Assembly (NCBI RefSeq): GCF_006345805.1
Contig: NC_043001.1
Span: forward strand, 49,228,001 to 49,292,000
DNA from: Octopus sinensis
Taxonomy: Eukaryota
DNA length: 64,000 nucleotides
Reading direction: 5' to 3'
The translations under genes and the position numbers were made by a program. Below, in pieces: positions 1-13,399 of the stretch. The notes under the pieces are model-generated. The model saw only the letters and a list, made by a program, of their open reading frames with translations. It made no database searches and had not been told where the DNA came from. Each line of letters begins with the position of its first letter. The stretch's first letter is position 1.

Positions 1-954
1 TCTTGCAACCAGTTATCGTTGTCATCGTTGTCATCATCAATGTTTTAACTCTTTAGCATTTAAACCAGACACTCTCCCTTCCTCTCCATGAGTCAAACAA
101 AATTCTTTGAGGCAGATTTTCTATGAGCAGATACTCTCCCTTCTGACAACCATTACTTGTTTTGTAGCAAGGTAATATTTCTTCTTTGGCCAGAAAAGGT
201 TTTTCATAGATAATAAACAAGTAATACTGCCTTTTCAAGTAGTGACTTTACAATCAGTATACAATATCTAGACAAGAAGATACAGACACACACACACACA
301 CACATGCAACACAAATATATATATATGCATGCACACATAAATACACACACATACACGTCAGACTCACTCAACCCCTTTCACACATACACAATCACACACA
401 CCATTCTCATGCACATGCTTGTGCACCTTAGTTCATTGGGATCACCATTATTATCTCCCTTCCATTCAGTCTCTTTTTATTATCTCCTTTTCATTTAACC
501 TCTTTTTCTCCAGTCATCATCGCCATTTTGTACCACTGAACTCTACACAGTTTCTCTCTTTCCATTTTTTTTTCTCTTATTCTTTTCTGTCAAAGAGTGT
601 AGGCTTGAAATGTAAATGACTTTTCAATTTTTTCTGAGCATTAAACTAATACATCCACTTGTTGTTCCTACACCTGTCTTTGTCTTTTGTTTTTCTGTAA
701 ATTTGAACTATATATATATGATTCAGTCTGCTATAATGAATCCATAAACACATATAAAACATCCAAGGGTATATTTTTTTTCCCCTGAAAATATTATGCT
801 CAGGTCATATAAATTTGATATTTACTTAATATTTACTGAGTATTAATTGAAACAGGTGTGAGAAATGATGATTAATTTGCTGTTAATAATAAACAATTAT
901 TAACTTCCCAATTTCCATTTCTTTTTTCTTATATATATACACTTTACACTTACA

Positions 955-1354
955 CTTTTACTTGTTTCAGTCATTTGACTGCGGCCATGCTGGAGCACCG
1001 CCTTTAGTCGAGCGACTCGACCCCGGGACTTATTCTTTGTAAGCTCAGTACTTATCCTATCGGTCTCTTTTTGCCGAACCGCTAAGTGACGGGGACGTAA
1101 ACACATCAGCATTGGTTGTCAAGCAATGCTAGGGGGACAAACACAGACACACACACACACACACACACATACATATACATATATATATACGACAGGCTTC
1201 TTTCAGTTTCCGTCTACCAAATCCACTCACAAGGCATTGGTCGGCCCGAGGCTATAGCAGAAGACACTTGCCCAAGATGCCACACAGTGGGACTGAACCC
1301 GGAGCCATGTGGTTGGTTAGCAAGCTACTTACCACACAGCCACTCCCGCGCCTA
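955..1354 (-). mobile_element. tRNA-derived SINE, family B (my label; CORE-like ccttgggcaagtg segment, internal CA/TA tract, (gtaaaaga)n tail)
   Basis: Head taggcgcgggagtggctgtgtggtaagtag with box A/B; more than 10 similar copies in the window. Confidence 0.85.
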
Positions 1355-1379
1355 TATATATATATATATTATATATATA

Positions 1380-1482
<103 letters not shown>

Positions 1483-2639
1483 TATATATACTAGCAGTAT
1501 TGCCCGGCTCAACAGGGATTTCAGGGGAGAGTTTCAGGGAGTCACTGGCGATGTATCGTGATGAGCAAAAATCCGGCCTACTAAAATTTGGTCAAAGTGA
1601 TTCAAACTGCAGACTCAACGCAAAATGGTCACATTTAATTCAAAGCGTTAAAAATGTTATGAAAACAATTGGTATGTGTTCACAAAGTCCAAACGATTAA
1701 TACGAAAAAACCCTCCAGGCTACATCCTGAAAATTCATTTCTTTGCCAAATTTCTACAATGTTTACGGCGATTCGTTTTTATATCTTGATTTTTTATTTT
1801 TCATGCAATTTATGCATGCTTGCACGCATGGTGAACACAGTTCACATCAAACAGCTGACTGAGTAAAGTTCATAATTCAATGCATGGGATAAGGCCTAAG
1901 CAAACACATTATTGATCTTTGCACTTGTGAGATGAATTTCGGAACAGAAATAACGCAGTTCAATTTTCATTCGCCTAAACTTTAAGTGACCCATTTTTGG
2001 TGGTTCTACGATTTGTTGGCTAGGAAGAGATGTGCCAGGAAATTAAACACACAGACACACACACAGATACACACACAGGCACACAAGTTGAGTTTTATAT
2101 ATACAGATGTAGCATCATCATCCTCATCATCATTCAACGTCTATTTTCCATGCTGGCATTTGTCGGACGGTTTGACAGAACTGGTAAGCTGGGGAGCTAC
2201 ACCAGATTCCAATCTGATTTGGCATTGTTTCTATGGCTGGATGCCCTTCCTAATGCTAACCACTCCAAGAGTGTACTAGGTACTTTTTACATGCCACCGG
2301 CATGGGTGCTAGTTATGTGACACTAGCATCAGCCATGACAACGATCTCACTTGGTTTGACATATGTAAGTATATATATATGTGTATGTGTGTGTATGTCT
2401 GGCTGTGTGATAAGGAGTTTTCTTTCCAACCACATGGCTCTGGGTTCAGTCCCACTGTGTCGCACCTCGGGTAAGTGTCTTTTACTTGTTGAGTAGATTT
2501 GGTCAATGGAAACTAAAAAATGTCTGTTATATATATGTGCATGCATCTATGTTTGTTCCCCACCAATGCTTGACAACTGGTGTTTGTGAGTTTACATCCC
2601 TGTAACTTAGCAGTTTTGCAAAAGAGACCATTATGGGGA

Positions 2640-3050
2640 AACCTGACATTGTTTGAGGCAGATCCAGCTGGTTTCCTTGAATGTTTCCTAACCCATGAGT
2701 GTTGGCTTCATCACTTTGAGCCAGAGACAAAAAAAAAATACAATCCATGTAGTGAAAACACACCTTGTCAACTACTCCAAAGAAGGCCAACATTTTTTCG
2801 TTTGCAGGTACAGTGATGGCCTCAGGTTTTTAAGATGCAAAAAGCATTGTGTTTATTGACTATCTTCAAAAGGGCTACACCATCAAGGGAGAGTACTATG
2901 CCAACTTGTTAAAGCAGTTATGAAAAGTTATTAAGACCAGACAACCAGGAAAACTGATGAAGGGGTTCTTCTTTCATCAGGACAATGCTTCAGCACAGAA
3001 TGGCTGCTGTGTGTAACTGTGGCTTTGAACCGGTTGATCGGCCTCTCAAA
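2640..3050 (+). mobile_element. Mariner transposase fragment
   Basis: LFEADPAGFLECFLT..CWLHHFEPETK; GIVFIDYLQKGYTIKGEYYANLLKQL; FHQDNA motifs with frameshifts. Confidence 0.8.
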
Positions 3051-3129
3051 TGAAGCAAGGTGGTGCCCTAGCATGGCTGCAGTTCAATAACTGATATAAG
3101 TTAAAGATAAACAATAAAAGAAACACACA

Positions 3130-4090
3130 CGTTTATGTTTGTATGTATGTATGTTTTATTTCTTTGAGTTATATTTAAGTTCAAGCCAGTCACCAACAAA
3201 ATGATAAGACTTTTTGAGTTAAGAGAGTTCCCAGTGTATGTAAATATGTGGTTGGGTTGGTGTGTTTGTTGAGCTGTTGATGCACTCACCCAAATATGTG
3301 CATCTATTCATCTCAAGAATCTCAAGATGGAGAGTCTTTTGAATGCCTTACAAATCTTCACTTGCCTCCAATAGATTGGATTTAGAGAATCTGCATCAGT
3401 TTCTTTTGCTCTTTCTTTAGAAAACCTGGTATTTCAAGGTAGATTTGTTGCTACATAATCTAATGCACCTATGATGATAGGTACATATGAGAATTTATAG
3501 TCAGGGAACAAGAGCTGTAAGTTCCACGCTAATTCACCATAAATGTTCTTTTTTCCCCCTGGAGTTTTGATTGTATGTATGTATACTTATACATGCATGT
3601 ATATATATGTGTGTTTGTGTGTCTGTGTGCATGTGTATATATTATTGTATGTATGTATGTCATGATTCATTTCTATTTCAATTTCTCGTCAATTCAGAAA
3701 GAGCTAGTTTCTAACCTAGATCCAAGGCTCCTTCATTAGAATTTTAAGATCAACAGGGTATTTTTGCATATATGTGCGCAGTATTTGGAGTCAGTGCATA
3801 TGCAGATTTATATGTTTTGTTTTATATATGTATTCTCATGGGTATAGTTGCATGTCTATACATGCTCATATATATACTTAAATGATAAACTTCTAATTCT
3901 TACAGTTCCAGTGATGGCTTTCTTCTTTCTCGTTTTGAGAAGCCTAATTTCTCAAGATTGATACTTAGGCAGTGTGTTACGTATACCAGTGCCCCAATAA
4001 TTACAATGAACTTGTAATGTGATGTAATGTAAATTACAATGGTCCTGTAATTTGGGTAGTGTAACTGTAGATTTCCTAATAGTTCAGCGT
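3130..4090 (-). mobile_element. 3' end fragments of an RLE-type LINE, interrupted by microsatellites
   Basis: YAELLGNLQLHYPNYR...IIGALVYV...LEKLGFSKRERRK (3900-4090) and IQSIGGxVKICKAF-like (3330-3450); same family again at 44360-44880. Confidence 0.5.
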
Positions 4091-4791
4091 AGGTATTTTC
4101 TTTCATACGTACACACATACACACGTATATATGTACGTAATCACAATAGAGTGGAAGCAACAAGCAAAGTTGGATCTTTTCTATTCTGAAGCCAGTTTTT
4201 TCAAATTTTTCCTACTGAACCAAACAATTTTAAACTTCGTATACTGGTAGAATGTGTCAAAAGTAAACTTAATTGTAAACCAGAATGAAAACGGAATTGT
4301 AACTTCTAAGTTTAACGTTGTTTAATAATTAGAATTTTAACCAATGATATTCCGTCATTCGGCTTTATTTTATTTACTCCGTCTCGACCACCAATTTCGT
4401 GACGTATTAAACAATGTAAACAAGCTATAGTCAGCCACCTTCTAATAACAAAAGTTTGTCTTTGAAGTTACCGTCTAGGGGAAGCATTGATGTACATGTG
4501 TGTGTGTGTGTGTTTGATGGGGTGTGGGAGACAGTATGTTGTGTAAGTGAAGTGCTTCTGTTAGTGTGTGTGAAGAGACAGAGAGAGTAATGTGTGAAAG
4601 AGAGAGATAACTGAAATTTTTTACTCGGTGTATGTGTATATGCCTGAATGTATGTGTGTATGTATCTGTGTATGTGTATGTATGTATGTATGTATGGCCG
4701 ATTCAATGTAATTTTTACACATACTTACACACACACACACACATACATACACACACACATGCAGACATACATATACACATACACCGAGTAA

Positions 4792-4854
<63 letters not shown>

Positions 4855-5991
4855 TTTATAAAAATATGGTAAAGTAGAAAAATTACTTAACCACACACCG
4901 AGCTTTTTAGAAATAGCAGCCAAAAATTTCTCAACTGCAAGAAAAAGTCTCCCAGACAATGCATACTCAGAAATAATTCACATACGTATAAGAGAAAAAC
5001 AACGAAAAATCACATGGATTCTCCGATATATGTTATAAAAATATGGATTCTCCGATATAATTTATAAAAATATGGTAAAGTAAAAAAAATTACTTTACCA
5101 CACACAAAGCTTTTTAGAAATAGCAGACGTCACAAAACTGCTTTCAACGTCACACTAACAGATCGCAGTAACGTTTTAGATATGAAAACAAGCAATCTCA
5201 TTGGTTAAAATTCGCAGTTTTAATCTACGATTAAAGTCATAAAATAGATTTTTCTCAAATAAACTAGTTTCAACTGGCGAATAAACTAGTTCCACTCTAT
5301 GAGTACACAAAGTTTCAAATTATTTAGTTAACTAGAAAGATCTGGGGTCCTGGCCACAAATTTGAAAAGATCCGCAAAGTTTTTAGTCTGATACCGGTTT
5401 TGAGCTGTGTCCATTGACAAGACACTGAACTCTCAACTGACCGTTTCCAAATGATGAAACAGCAGAAGTACCAAGTAGCCGATTAATATTCCATTCACTT
5501 TGCTTAATCCTCTTGAAATTGTGCTTTTGAGAATGTTGTGATTAATCTGCTTGATATTTTCTAGAAAAATGAGAAAAAATATCTCACAATAAGACGAAGG
5601 CTTTATGTTTTTAGAGAACTTCCTAACTACACCTTGTGGAATTTGTGTCACTTTCGCACAATATTTCCTATCAATAATCGTTCGGTTTATAAATAATGAC
5701 GAACAATTACTAAAAACAAGAAAAAGGACTATATAATGGATCAAGGGAAATAACTGAGAGAAAGTTTGCAATTGTTTCCTCTTGATTTGTTCTTTTGTAG
5801 TTGAGCTGCGGTCTTGTCTGACATTATTTAATTACTATGACTTATATGAAAAATATTTGTCTCTCTTTCTCTCACTCTCTCTCTGTTTGTCTTTCTCTCT
5901 CATTGTCTCTCTGTCTGTTTGTCTCTCTCTCTTATTGCACACACACACATATACACACACATTTCATTTAGGATATATATATATATAGGTA

Positions 5992-6048
<57 letters not shown>

Positions 6049-6389
6049 TTATTTGTCCTGTACTCTATTTTTTCGTTGTTTAAGAAAGATGTCCAGTTCC
6101 TTAGTTTTGTGTTTATGTTTTCGTTTCTCATTGTGTTCGACGTTTTTTTTTGGTGTCCTGTACCCATATGTGCATGTATATATACATGTAGAGGTAGGTA
6201 CGTACATATATGTATGTATATATGCATATGTTTTATTTATTTATTTATTATTATATATATATATATATATGTATATGTATATATATAGTGCGCAAACATG
6301 ATGCTGAATGCACTTTTGGTGAATTACAAGAAACCGAAGCCAAGAAGCTGAACAGGCACAATAATGAAAAAAAAACATTTCTACCTACA

Positions 6390-6770
6390 TAGTTTAATTA
6401 CCAATTTACCAATTTGGCTGAAGACAGTTACCTTGTTCTTTAACCAAGCCCTTATCAACTGTTTCAAGTTTTACTTGAAATGGAAAGTGAGGGTAGAGAG
6501 GGAGGTGCTGCCTCCCAGCAATTTTGCTAAAAGGTGGCTGAATGTTGCAAGAATGGTCTGAGTGAATGAGCCTACACTAAACATGTGCTTCTGGATTGAA
6601 GGATGATGATGTGGAGAGCACACTTGATCATGGTTTTGTGGGATCTCCACAAGCAGCCCTAGGAGGTTTCCCTCTTTAGGGGAATTACTCTTTGTTATGC
6701 TTTTATGTTGTTACTGTGTTTTTACTTCTTACATACATTTTATGTAACTCCACATTGTATTATCCTGTAC
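6390..6770 (+). mobile_element. Tx1/L1-clade ORF2 C-terminus and decayed 3' UTR
   Basis: Peptide NQALINCFKFYLKWKVRVEREVLPPSNFAKRWLNVARMV* resembles the Tx1 ORF2 end (R.E......F..RW). Confidence 0.55.
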
Positions 6771-6799
6771 CACCCCCAATGATTTTGATAATAATAATA

Positions 6800-6800
<1 letters not shown>

Positions 6801-6879
<79 letters not shown>
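6801..6879. repeat. (GAT)13(CAT)13 spacer-less palindrome
   Basis: Direct reading; centred on tgatca. Confidence 0.95.
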
Positions 6880-7850
6880 AGTTTAGCGTCCGCTTTCCAT
6901 GCTAGCATGGGTTGGACGGTTCAACTGGGGTCTGGGAAGCCAGAAGGCTGCACCAGGCCCAGTTTGATCTGGCAATGTTTCTACGGCTGGATGCCCTTCC
7001 TAACGCCAACCACTCCATGAGTGTAGTGGGTGCTTTTTATGTGCCAGACGAGTCTGGCAAACGGCCACGAACGGATGGTGCTGTTTACGTGCCACCGGCA
7101 CAAGGCCAGTCGGGGTGGCGCTGGCAATGGCCACGTTCGGATGGTTCTCTTATGTGCCACCGGCACTGGTAACTCAGCTGCAATTTCCATTGATCGATTT
7201 CAATTCTCACTTGGCTCAACAGGTCTTCACAAGTAGAGTTTTGTGTCCCAAGAAGGGAAGGTATGCATAAGTGGACTGGCTACATCCCATGTAGAAGGCC
7301 ACGGGTTATGGTCTCAGTTGTCCTGCCGGGTCTTCTCATGCACAGCATACTTCCAGAGGTCTCGGTCTCTTAGTCATTTCCTCAGTGAGACCTAAAGTTT
7401 GAAGGTCGTGCTTCACCACCTCATCCCAGGTTTTCCTGGGTCTGCCTCTTCCACAGGTTCCCTCAACTGCTAGGGTGTGGCACTTTTTCACACAACTATT
7501 CTTCATCCATTCTCGCCACATGTCCATACCAGCGCAAACGTCTCTCTTGCACACCACAACTGATGCTTCTTAGGTCCAACTTTTCTCTCTAGGTACTTTC
7601 ACTCTGTCGAGTATGAATACTGACATTACACATCCATCGGAGCATACTGGCTTCATTTCTTGCGAGCTTACGCATATCCTCAGCAGTCACGGCCCATGTT
7701 TCACTGCCATGTAGCATAGCTGTTCGTACACATGCGTCATACAGTCTGCCTTTTACTCTGAGCGAGAGGCCTTTTGTCACCAGCAGAGGTAAGAGCTCTC
7801 TGAACTTTGCCCCGGCCATTCTTACTCTAGCAGTTACATCATCACAACAA
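6880..7850 (-). mobile_element. 5'-truncated RTE-clade LINE with (TGA)n tail
   Basis: Peptides KFRELLPLLVTKGLSLRVKGRLYDACVRTAMLHGSETW and GRGRPRKTWDEVVKHDL are typical of RTE ORF2 C-termini; the 3' UTR recurs at 2130-2330, 22500-22940 and 24005-24470. Confidence 0.85.
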
Positions 7851-9594
7851 TTTCACTTGTAACGTTTGAAATGCTAAAGAAACAACATACACGTGTGATT
7901 CTATACACAGACACGTGTATGTATGTATATACGTATATGCACATACATATGTATATGTACATTCATCCGTATACATACACAAATACACACGCAGATATGA
8001 ATCCTAGTAAAACAATGGAACCCTAATCATTCTCTTGTAAAAATATAAAAGCACCCTACCCCCAAAACAAACAAATGAGATTCATGAAGTTGATGAACAA
8101 GGACCATTGCTCAGTCAGTGCTCTGACATCCTCCCTAATCTTTCAGGCTGTCAAGAAATGTTCCAATAAAATCATCATCATCATTTAATGTCCACCTTCC
8201 CTGCTGACGTTCCCTTCATCTCTCTCTCCCTCTTTTACTCTTTAATAAATTGTGGCCTAGAAAGAGACAACACTTCCAGACTGTTTCCGAAGGTTCAATA
8301 TCCAATATTTTCTTATTTCCATGCCAAACTGACAGCTGATATTAATCATCCCTTGATAATTATGGAAGTAATATTATATTATACATATACACACACAAAT
8401 ATACATATCCATTATATATATGCGCATATACATATATAGATAGATATATATACACACACCATCAACTAACTGGCTAAAACCATACACATTACGAGTGTGT
8501 GTCTGTATATACATACATACACATATATATATATGCACACACACACACACCTGCATGTGTGTGTATGCACGCATGCACATATGTGCAATGAGATCAAAGC
8601 AATTAGATATATGTAGGTGTATGCTATAGTATATATCTATATACACACAAACACATATACACGTGTAAGTGTATATATACATATATATATATGTGTGTGT
8701 GTGCATGTATAAGCACCAATGCAAGTATTATACATATAGAGGAATATTTACACATCTTTTGTGAATATTAAATTGCTATTTTATATAAATATATATTATC
8801 CACACGTGCATATACATATACACACGCACGCATATATATACATACACATACATATATATACATACACACACATATAGATATACATACATATTTTTATCTA
8901 CACACACACACACACACACATCAACATTATGTATTTATTCTTTTACTTGTTTCAATCACTGGACTGTGGCCATGCTGGAGTACTGCCTTCAAGTGTTTTA
9001 GCCAAGCGTATTGACTGCAGCACTATTATGGTATTTTGTTAATATCTATTTGCCGAACTGCTAAGTCATAGGACACAAAGGGAGATGACATAAACAATAC
9101 CGGTTTTCAGACAGGTGCAAATACAAACACACAAAAGACAGACAGACATTATATATGTGTACAGTAGGCTTCTGCATCGTACTTGAGGTTATAGAAGACA
9201 CTTGCCCAAGGTGCCATGTGGTGAGATTGAACCAGGAACCACGAGATTGCTATGCCTACACTTTATACACACACGTACATATATATACACATACATACAC
9301 ACACGAAAATATGTGTGCATGTATATATATATCCATATACACACAGTGTATAATCCTTTCTCTCACATACACAAAGACATATACAAGTTTATACACACAC
9401 ACGCTTGACCCTGGTGTATGATGTATTAAAACGACAAAAAACAGAAATGAAGTCAGAATCTGAGTAACAGTTGGAATGTTCTTCCACAGGGCTGATATGT
9501 CACCAATCACCAGCACCACCCACCCACCCATTCTTCCCTCCATCTAAACAGAAATTATACCAAGGGTATGCGAATCTTGCAGTTGGTGCAAGTG

Positions 9595-11202
9595 TCAAAC
9601 TTGAAGCGGACGTTTTGCAGGAGCTGTCCACTTGAGACAATTGGAGTCAATGGTCTTGAAGTCTGGTGGACGTTTGGATTTTTTTTCCAAGAATTCATCA
9701 ATCAGATCCTGTCTTTTCAGAACTAAATGTTTTCCTTTCCAATATTTCAACATTCCAAGTGCTTGCAACGTACTGACTATGTCATTGGCATTGATGGCTG
9801 TCTCTTGGCTGACGTCTTTGATACATATTTCATTAGCTTTATATCGGTGCAAATAGTTTAACAAGACCTCTTTCCAGTAGCTACAGTAGCTAATAAGCCC
9901 AAGGTCAGAAAGGGGACGCTCAGGTGATCCTATCTTCTGTTCCATTCGGCTTAGTAAATAACTGAAATCTATCAACATTTTGCCATAGCCTTGACGCATG
10001 AATTGTGGAAGTGTGAGGATACAAGATACATTGTAATTCAAAAAGGAATTTTTTTCCTTTGAAAAATAGCCAACGATATGGCATCCACTGGAATCATTTT
10101 CAGTCATGACGTAGAATAAGAAGGGCTCAACATCGAAGTACAGGGTTTTATGGTCTAAAAACAGTTTAGCTAACAAACATAGATTTTGACAATAAACCTT
10201 ATTTTTCTGCCCATCTACTTCGAACACTGAAATATTGTTTTTACGATAAATCTCATCACCAGGGGGATGCCGCCAAACACATTTAGCCAAATGTCGGCGT
10301 AAAATAGTAGCCGTTTTCATATATTTTAAACAGAATTCACAGAGGTAAACTTTTGGAAGGCGGGCATATTCATCAGGATATGGAGAAGAATACCAGGTAT
10401 TCATTTCAAAGCGGCCAATTTCCAACTTTTTTATCCGGTATTCTTGAATATCACTGAGCTGATAATGCTGTGTCATTTCATGTTCCATCTGTTCACATGC
10501 GCGAGCTTGAGCCTCTCGGAAAAGCTGTAAATCGTATTGTGATGCAAGCCCCTTCAACAACGGTTCCCTTGTTCGACCATTCTTTGTCCTGTGTAGAAGA
10601 TGTTCAGCTTTGAGTTCGTGGGTCAAAGCAACATTCCCTTTCTTCCTCATTTCTATTACTTTTTGAGCTTTTTCTTTCTGTTCTTCTGTTGGTTGTTGCC
10701 GTCGAAGGTCCCGCCGTTCATTTAAGTTTTTCACAATTTTCTTTCTCTCTTCAGAAGATTTTTGTCTTTCCTCAAATCGTTTTTTACACTCGTCAGCTGT
10801 GGTGTTGTGGTAGAGAGGACATCCCGATATGGTCCGATGTGTTTCATGCTTGCCAGTCATATGACCTCTTGAATCACATCCTGGGAATGGACATCTGGAA
10901 TTCTCATTGTAATCTGTCAGAGGTGTAGCCCGTTTCTCGGCAAACCCATAGAGTGCCTGGAGTTTGGCATTTGCAATTTTCTCCTCTTTAGAAGTTATCT
11001 GACCATTTGGGTCGCACTCTGTATCACTGCTGGACTCAGACTGCACCCTCTTCTTCTTCCTCTCTACACTGGTCTTCTGCAAACCTGAAGACCGACGAGT
11101 AACCCTGGTTTGAGACAACATGTCTCCATCTTCACTTTCCAGTGGGGAGTGGTCGCTCTCATCCGATGTTACTTCAACTTTGCTGGGCTTTCTTTTTGGC
11201 AT
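9595..11202 (-). CDS. KAT7: MYST-family histone acetyltransferase KAT7/HBO1, single uninterrupted ORF (535 aa)
   Basis: N-terminal CCHHC zinc finger ([26 protein letters not shown]) typical of HBO1; MYST C2HC finger ([21 protein letters not shown]); LDHKTLY autoacetylation motif; acetyl-CoA motif [16 protein letters not shown]; catalytic [11 protein letters not shown]. No introns in the CDS. Confidence 0.95.
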   Translation of the reverse strand: MPKRKPSKVEVTSDESDHSPLESEDGDMLSQTRVTRRSSGLQKTSVERKKKRVQSESSSDTECDPNGQITSKEEKIANAKLQALYGFAEKRATPLTDYNENSRCPFPGCDSRGHMTGKHETHRTISGCPLYHNTTADECKKRFEERQKSSEERKKIVKNLNERRDLRRQQPTEEQKEKAQKVIEMRKKGNVALTHELKAEHLLHRTKNGRTREPLLKGLASQYDLQLFREAQARACEQMEHEMTQHYQLSDIQEYRIKKLEIGRFEMNTWYSSPYPDEYARLPKVYLCEFCLKYMKTATILRRHLAKCVWRHPPGDEIYRKNNISVFEVDGQKNKVYCQNLCLLAKLFLDHKTLYFDVEPFLFYVMTENDSSGCHIVGYFSKEKNSFLNYNVSCILTLPQFMRQGYGKMLIDFSYLLSRMEQKIGSPERPLSDLGLISYCSYWKEVLLNYLHRYKANEICIKDVSQETAINANDIVSTLQALGMLKYWKGKHLVLKRQDLIDEFLEKKSKRPPDFKTIDSNCLKWTAPAKRPLQV

Positions 11203-11481
11203 GACTTGTAATGTTCCTATAGATGAAGGGTTAAATGAAGGAGTGATGCGGCCTCAGAGCAGCGGCAGAAGCGGGGGGGAAGAAGCAGAGCAACGGCCGA
11301 GGCAGCCGTCGACATGATACAGCAACAAGTTCTTTCGCCAAACAACACAACAATAATAGTAATAATAATAATAATGATGATAATAATAATAGTAATAATA
11401 ATAATAATGATGATAATAATAATAGTAATAATAATAATAATGATGATAATAAATAATAATGATAATAATAATAATAATAAT

Positions 11482-12546
11482 AAATGCCCTGATGCAGTAC
11501 CAGGCAGCGGCTCTCATGGCTTCTGATCTTAACTGACTGGAAGTGTTATCATGTACATTGTTTTGTCTTGGTATAAAAGATGGGCTACAGCAAATATTCT
11601 GCTCAATACCACAGATTTGTTTGTCAGTTGTTTGACTGTAACCAGTTGAGCATGTCCCTTAGTGGCTGACGATATGTGCATCTCTGATCACGAGTAGAAG
11701 TAGTTGGGGAGCATCATAGCCATGTATTGAGAGGGATTCTTTGGGGTTTGAATGATTCACCTCTGGAAACATGGGTGTTTCATTCAACATCCTCAAACAA
11801 CCCTTAATCAGGGACCTTTTGAGTGGGATGGGTTACCCAACCAGAAGAAAATTCTAACTGGGCCCCACCAGCAAGGTCATGCGCTGTTTATCTTGTTATG
11901 AGATCACCATGTCGCGCACATATGGTTGTGATGCATGTGCCTGGTGTACCCTTATCAGACGGGTAGTCATGATGGGTATACTGGGCTTCGTATATTTGTA
12001 CCCCAGTGTCACTTTGATGGCATGCACTGCTCTCTCACTCAATAATAATAATAATAATAATAATAATAATCTTGGTATAAAAGATGGGCGACAGCAAATA
12101 TTCTGTTCAATACTAGATTTGCTTGTCAGTTGCTTGATCTTATCCAGTTGAACATGCCTCTTGGTGGATGATGATATGTGCATCTCTGATCATGAGCAGA
12201 AGTAGTGGGGAAGCATCATAGCCATGTGTTGAGAGGAATTCTTTGGAGTTCGAATAATTCACCTCTGGAAACATGGATATTTCATTCATCATCCTTAAAC
12301 AAACCTTATTCATAGACTTTTTGAGTTGGATGGGACATGAAGAAAATTCTAACTGAGCCCCACCAGCAAGGTCATGTGCTGTTTATTTTGATATAAGATC
12401 ACCATATCATGCACACATGGTTGTGATGTATGTGCCTGGTGTACCCTTATCAGACGGGTAGTCATGATGGGTATACTGGGCTTCATATATTTGTATCCCA
12501 GTGTCACTTTGATGGCATGCTGCTCTCTCACTCAATAATAATAATA
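11482..12546 (+). repeat. Two tandem copies of an unclassified ~0.5-kb interspersed repeat with (AAT)n tails
   Basis: 11482-12068 and 12070-12546 are colinear; partial third copy at ~34340-34520. Confidence 0.7.
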
Positions 12547-12752
12547 ACCCTTTCTACTATAGGCACAAGGCCTGAAATTTTTGGGAGATTGGGGCAAGTC
12601 GATTATATCGACCACAGTGCATAACTCGTACTTATTTCATTGATCTCGAAAGGATGAAAGGCAAAGTTGACCTCAGCAGAATTTGAATTCAGAATATATA
12701 AAGATGGACGTAATATCGCTAAGCTTGCCACCTTCTCAATAATAATAATACT

Positions 12753-12797
<45 letters not shown>

Positions 12798-13399
12798 AAT
12801 AATAATAGTAATAATAATTATTTTGTTGTTGTTGTTGTTGTTGTCATCGTCGTTGTTATTATTAAGCATGTGTGTGTGTTCAGGAAAAATGAATAAAAAC
12901 GTTCATTCTCCTTCCTATCAAACTCAAAAACAAAAGCAAAAAAGAAAACCAACAACAAATAAGCAAAAACTTAATCAAAATAACTGCAGCTTCAGCAGAA
13001 CAGCTTAATGTATGGAAGTGGTGATGATGGCAGTGGTGTTAGAGTTATTGAAAAGGTTTACGATGGAAATATTTAAAAAACTATTAACTCTCAAAATTAG
13101 TTGATTGACAGCTTGCTAAAACAACAGTGAGAATTTTTTTTATATAACAAACAACTTAATATAAATTTGAACACCCACTCCATAAATTAAGATTCACTTA
13201 TTTTGTCAATAGTAAAATATTCAAGTGGAATGTATACACTGGCTGGTATCAAGATATTCTAACTATTTAAGGTTCAAGTTATTTGTCTGCTTAGATAAGC
13301 AACATATTTTGAGGGACAGAGGAAATAGTAATTGCAAAATTTATATACAACTTGTGGAAATTGCATATATATATATACAGGGTGCATGTACATTGTTTT

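Noticed and set aside
1497-2010. Possible Helitron/Helentron fragment starting ctagcagtattgcccggc
   Set aside because: Only the terminal motif is suggestive; translations show no convincing Rep/helicase motifs.
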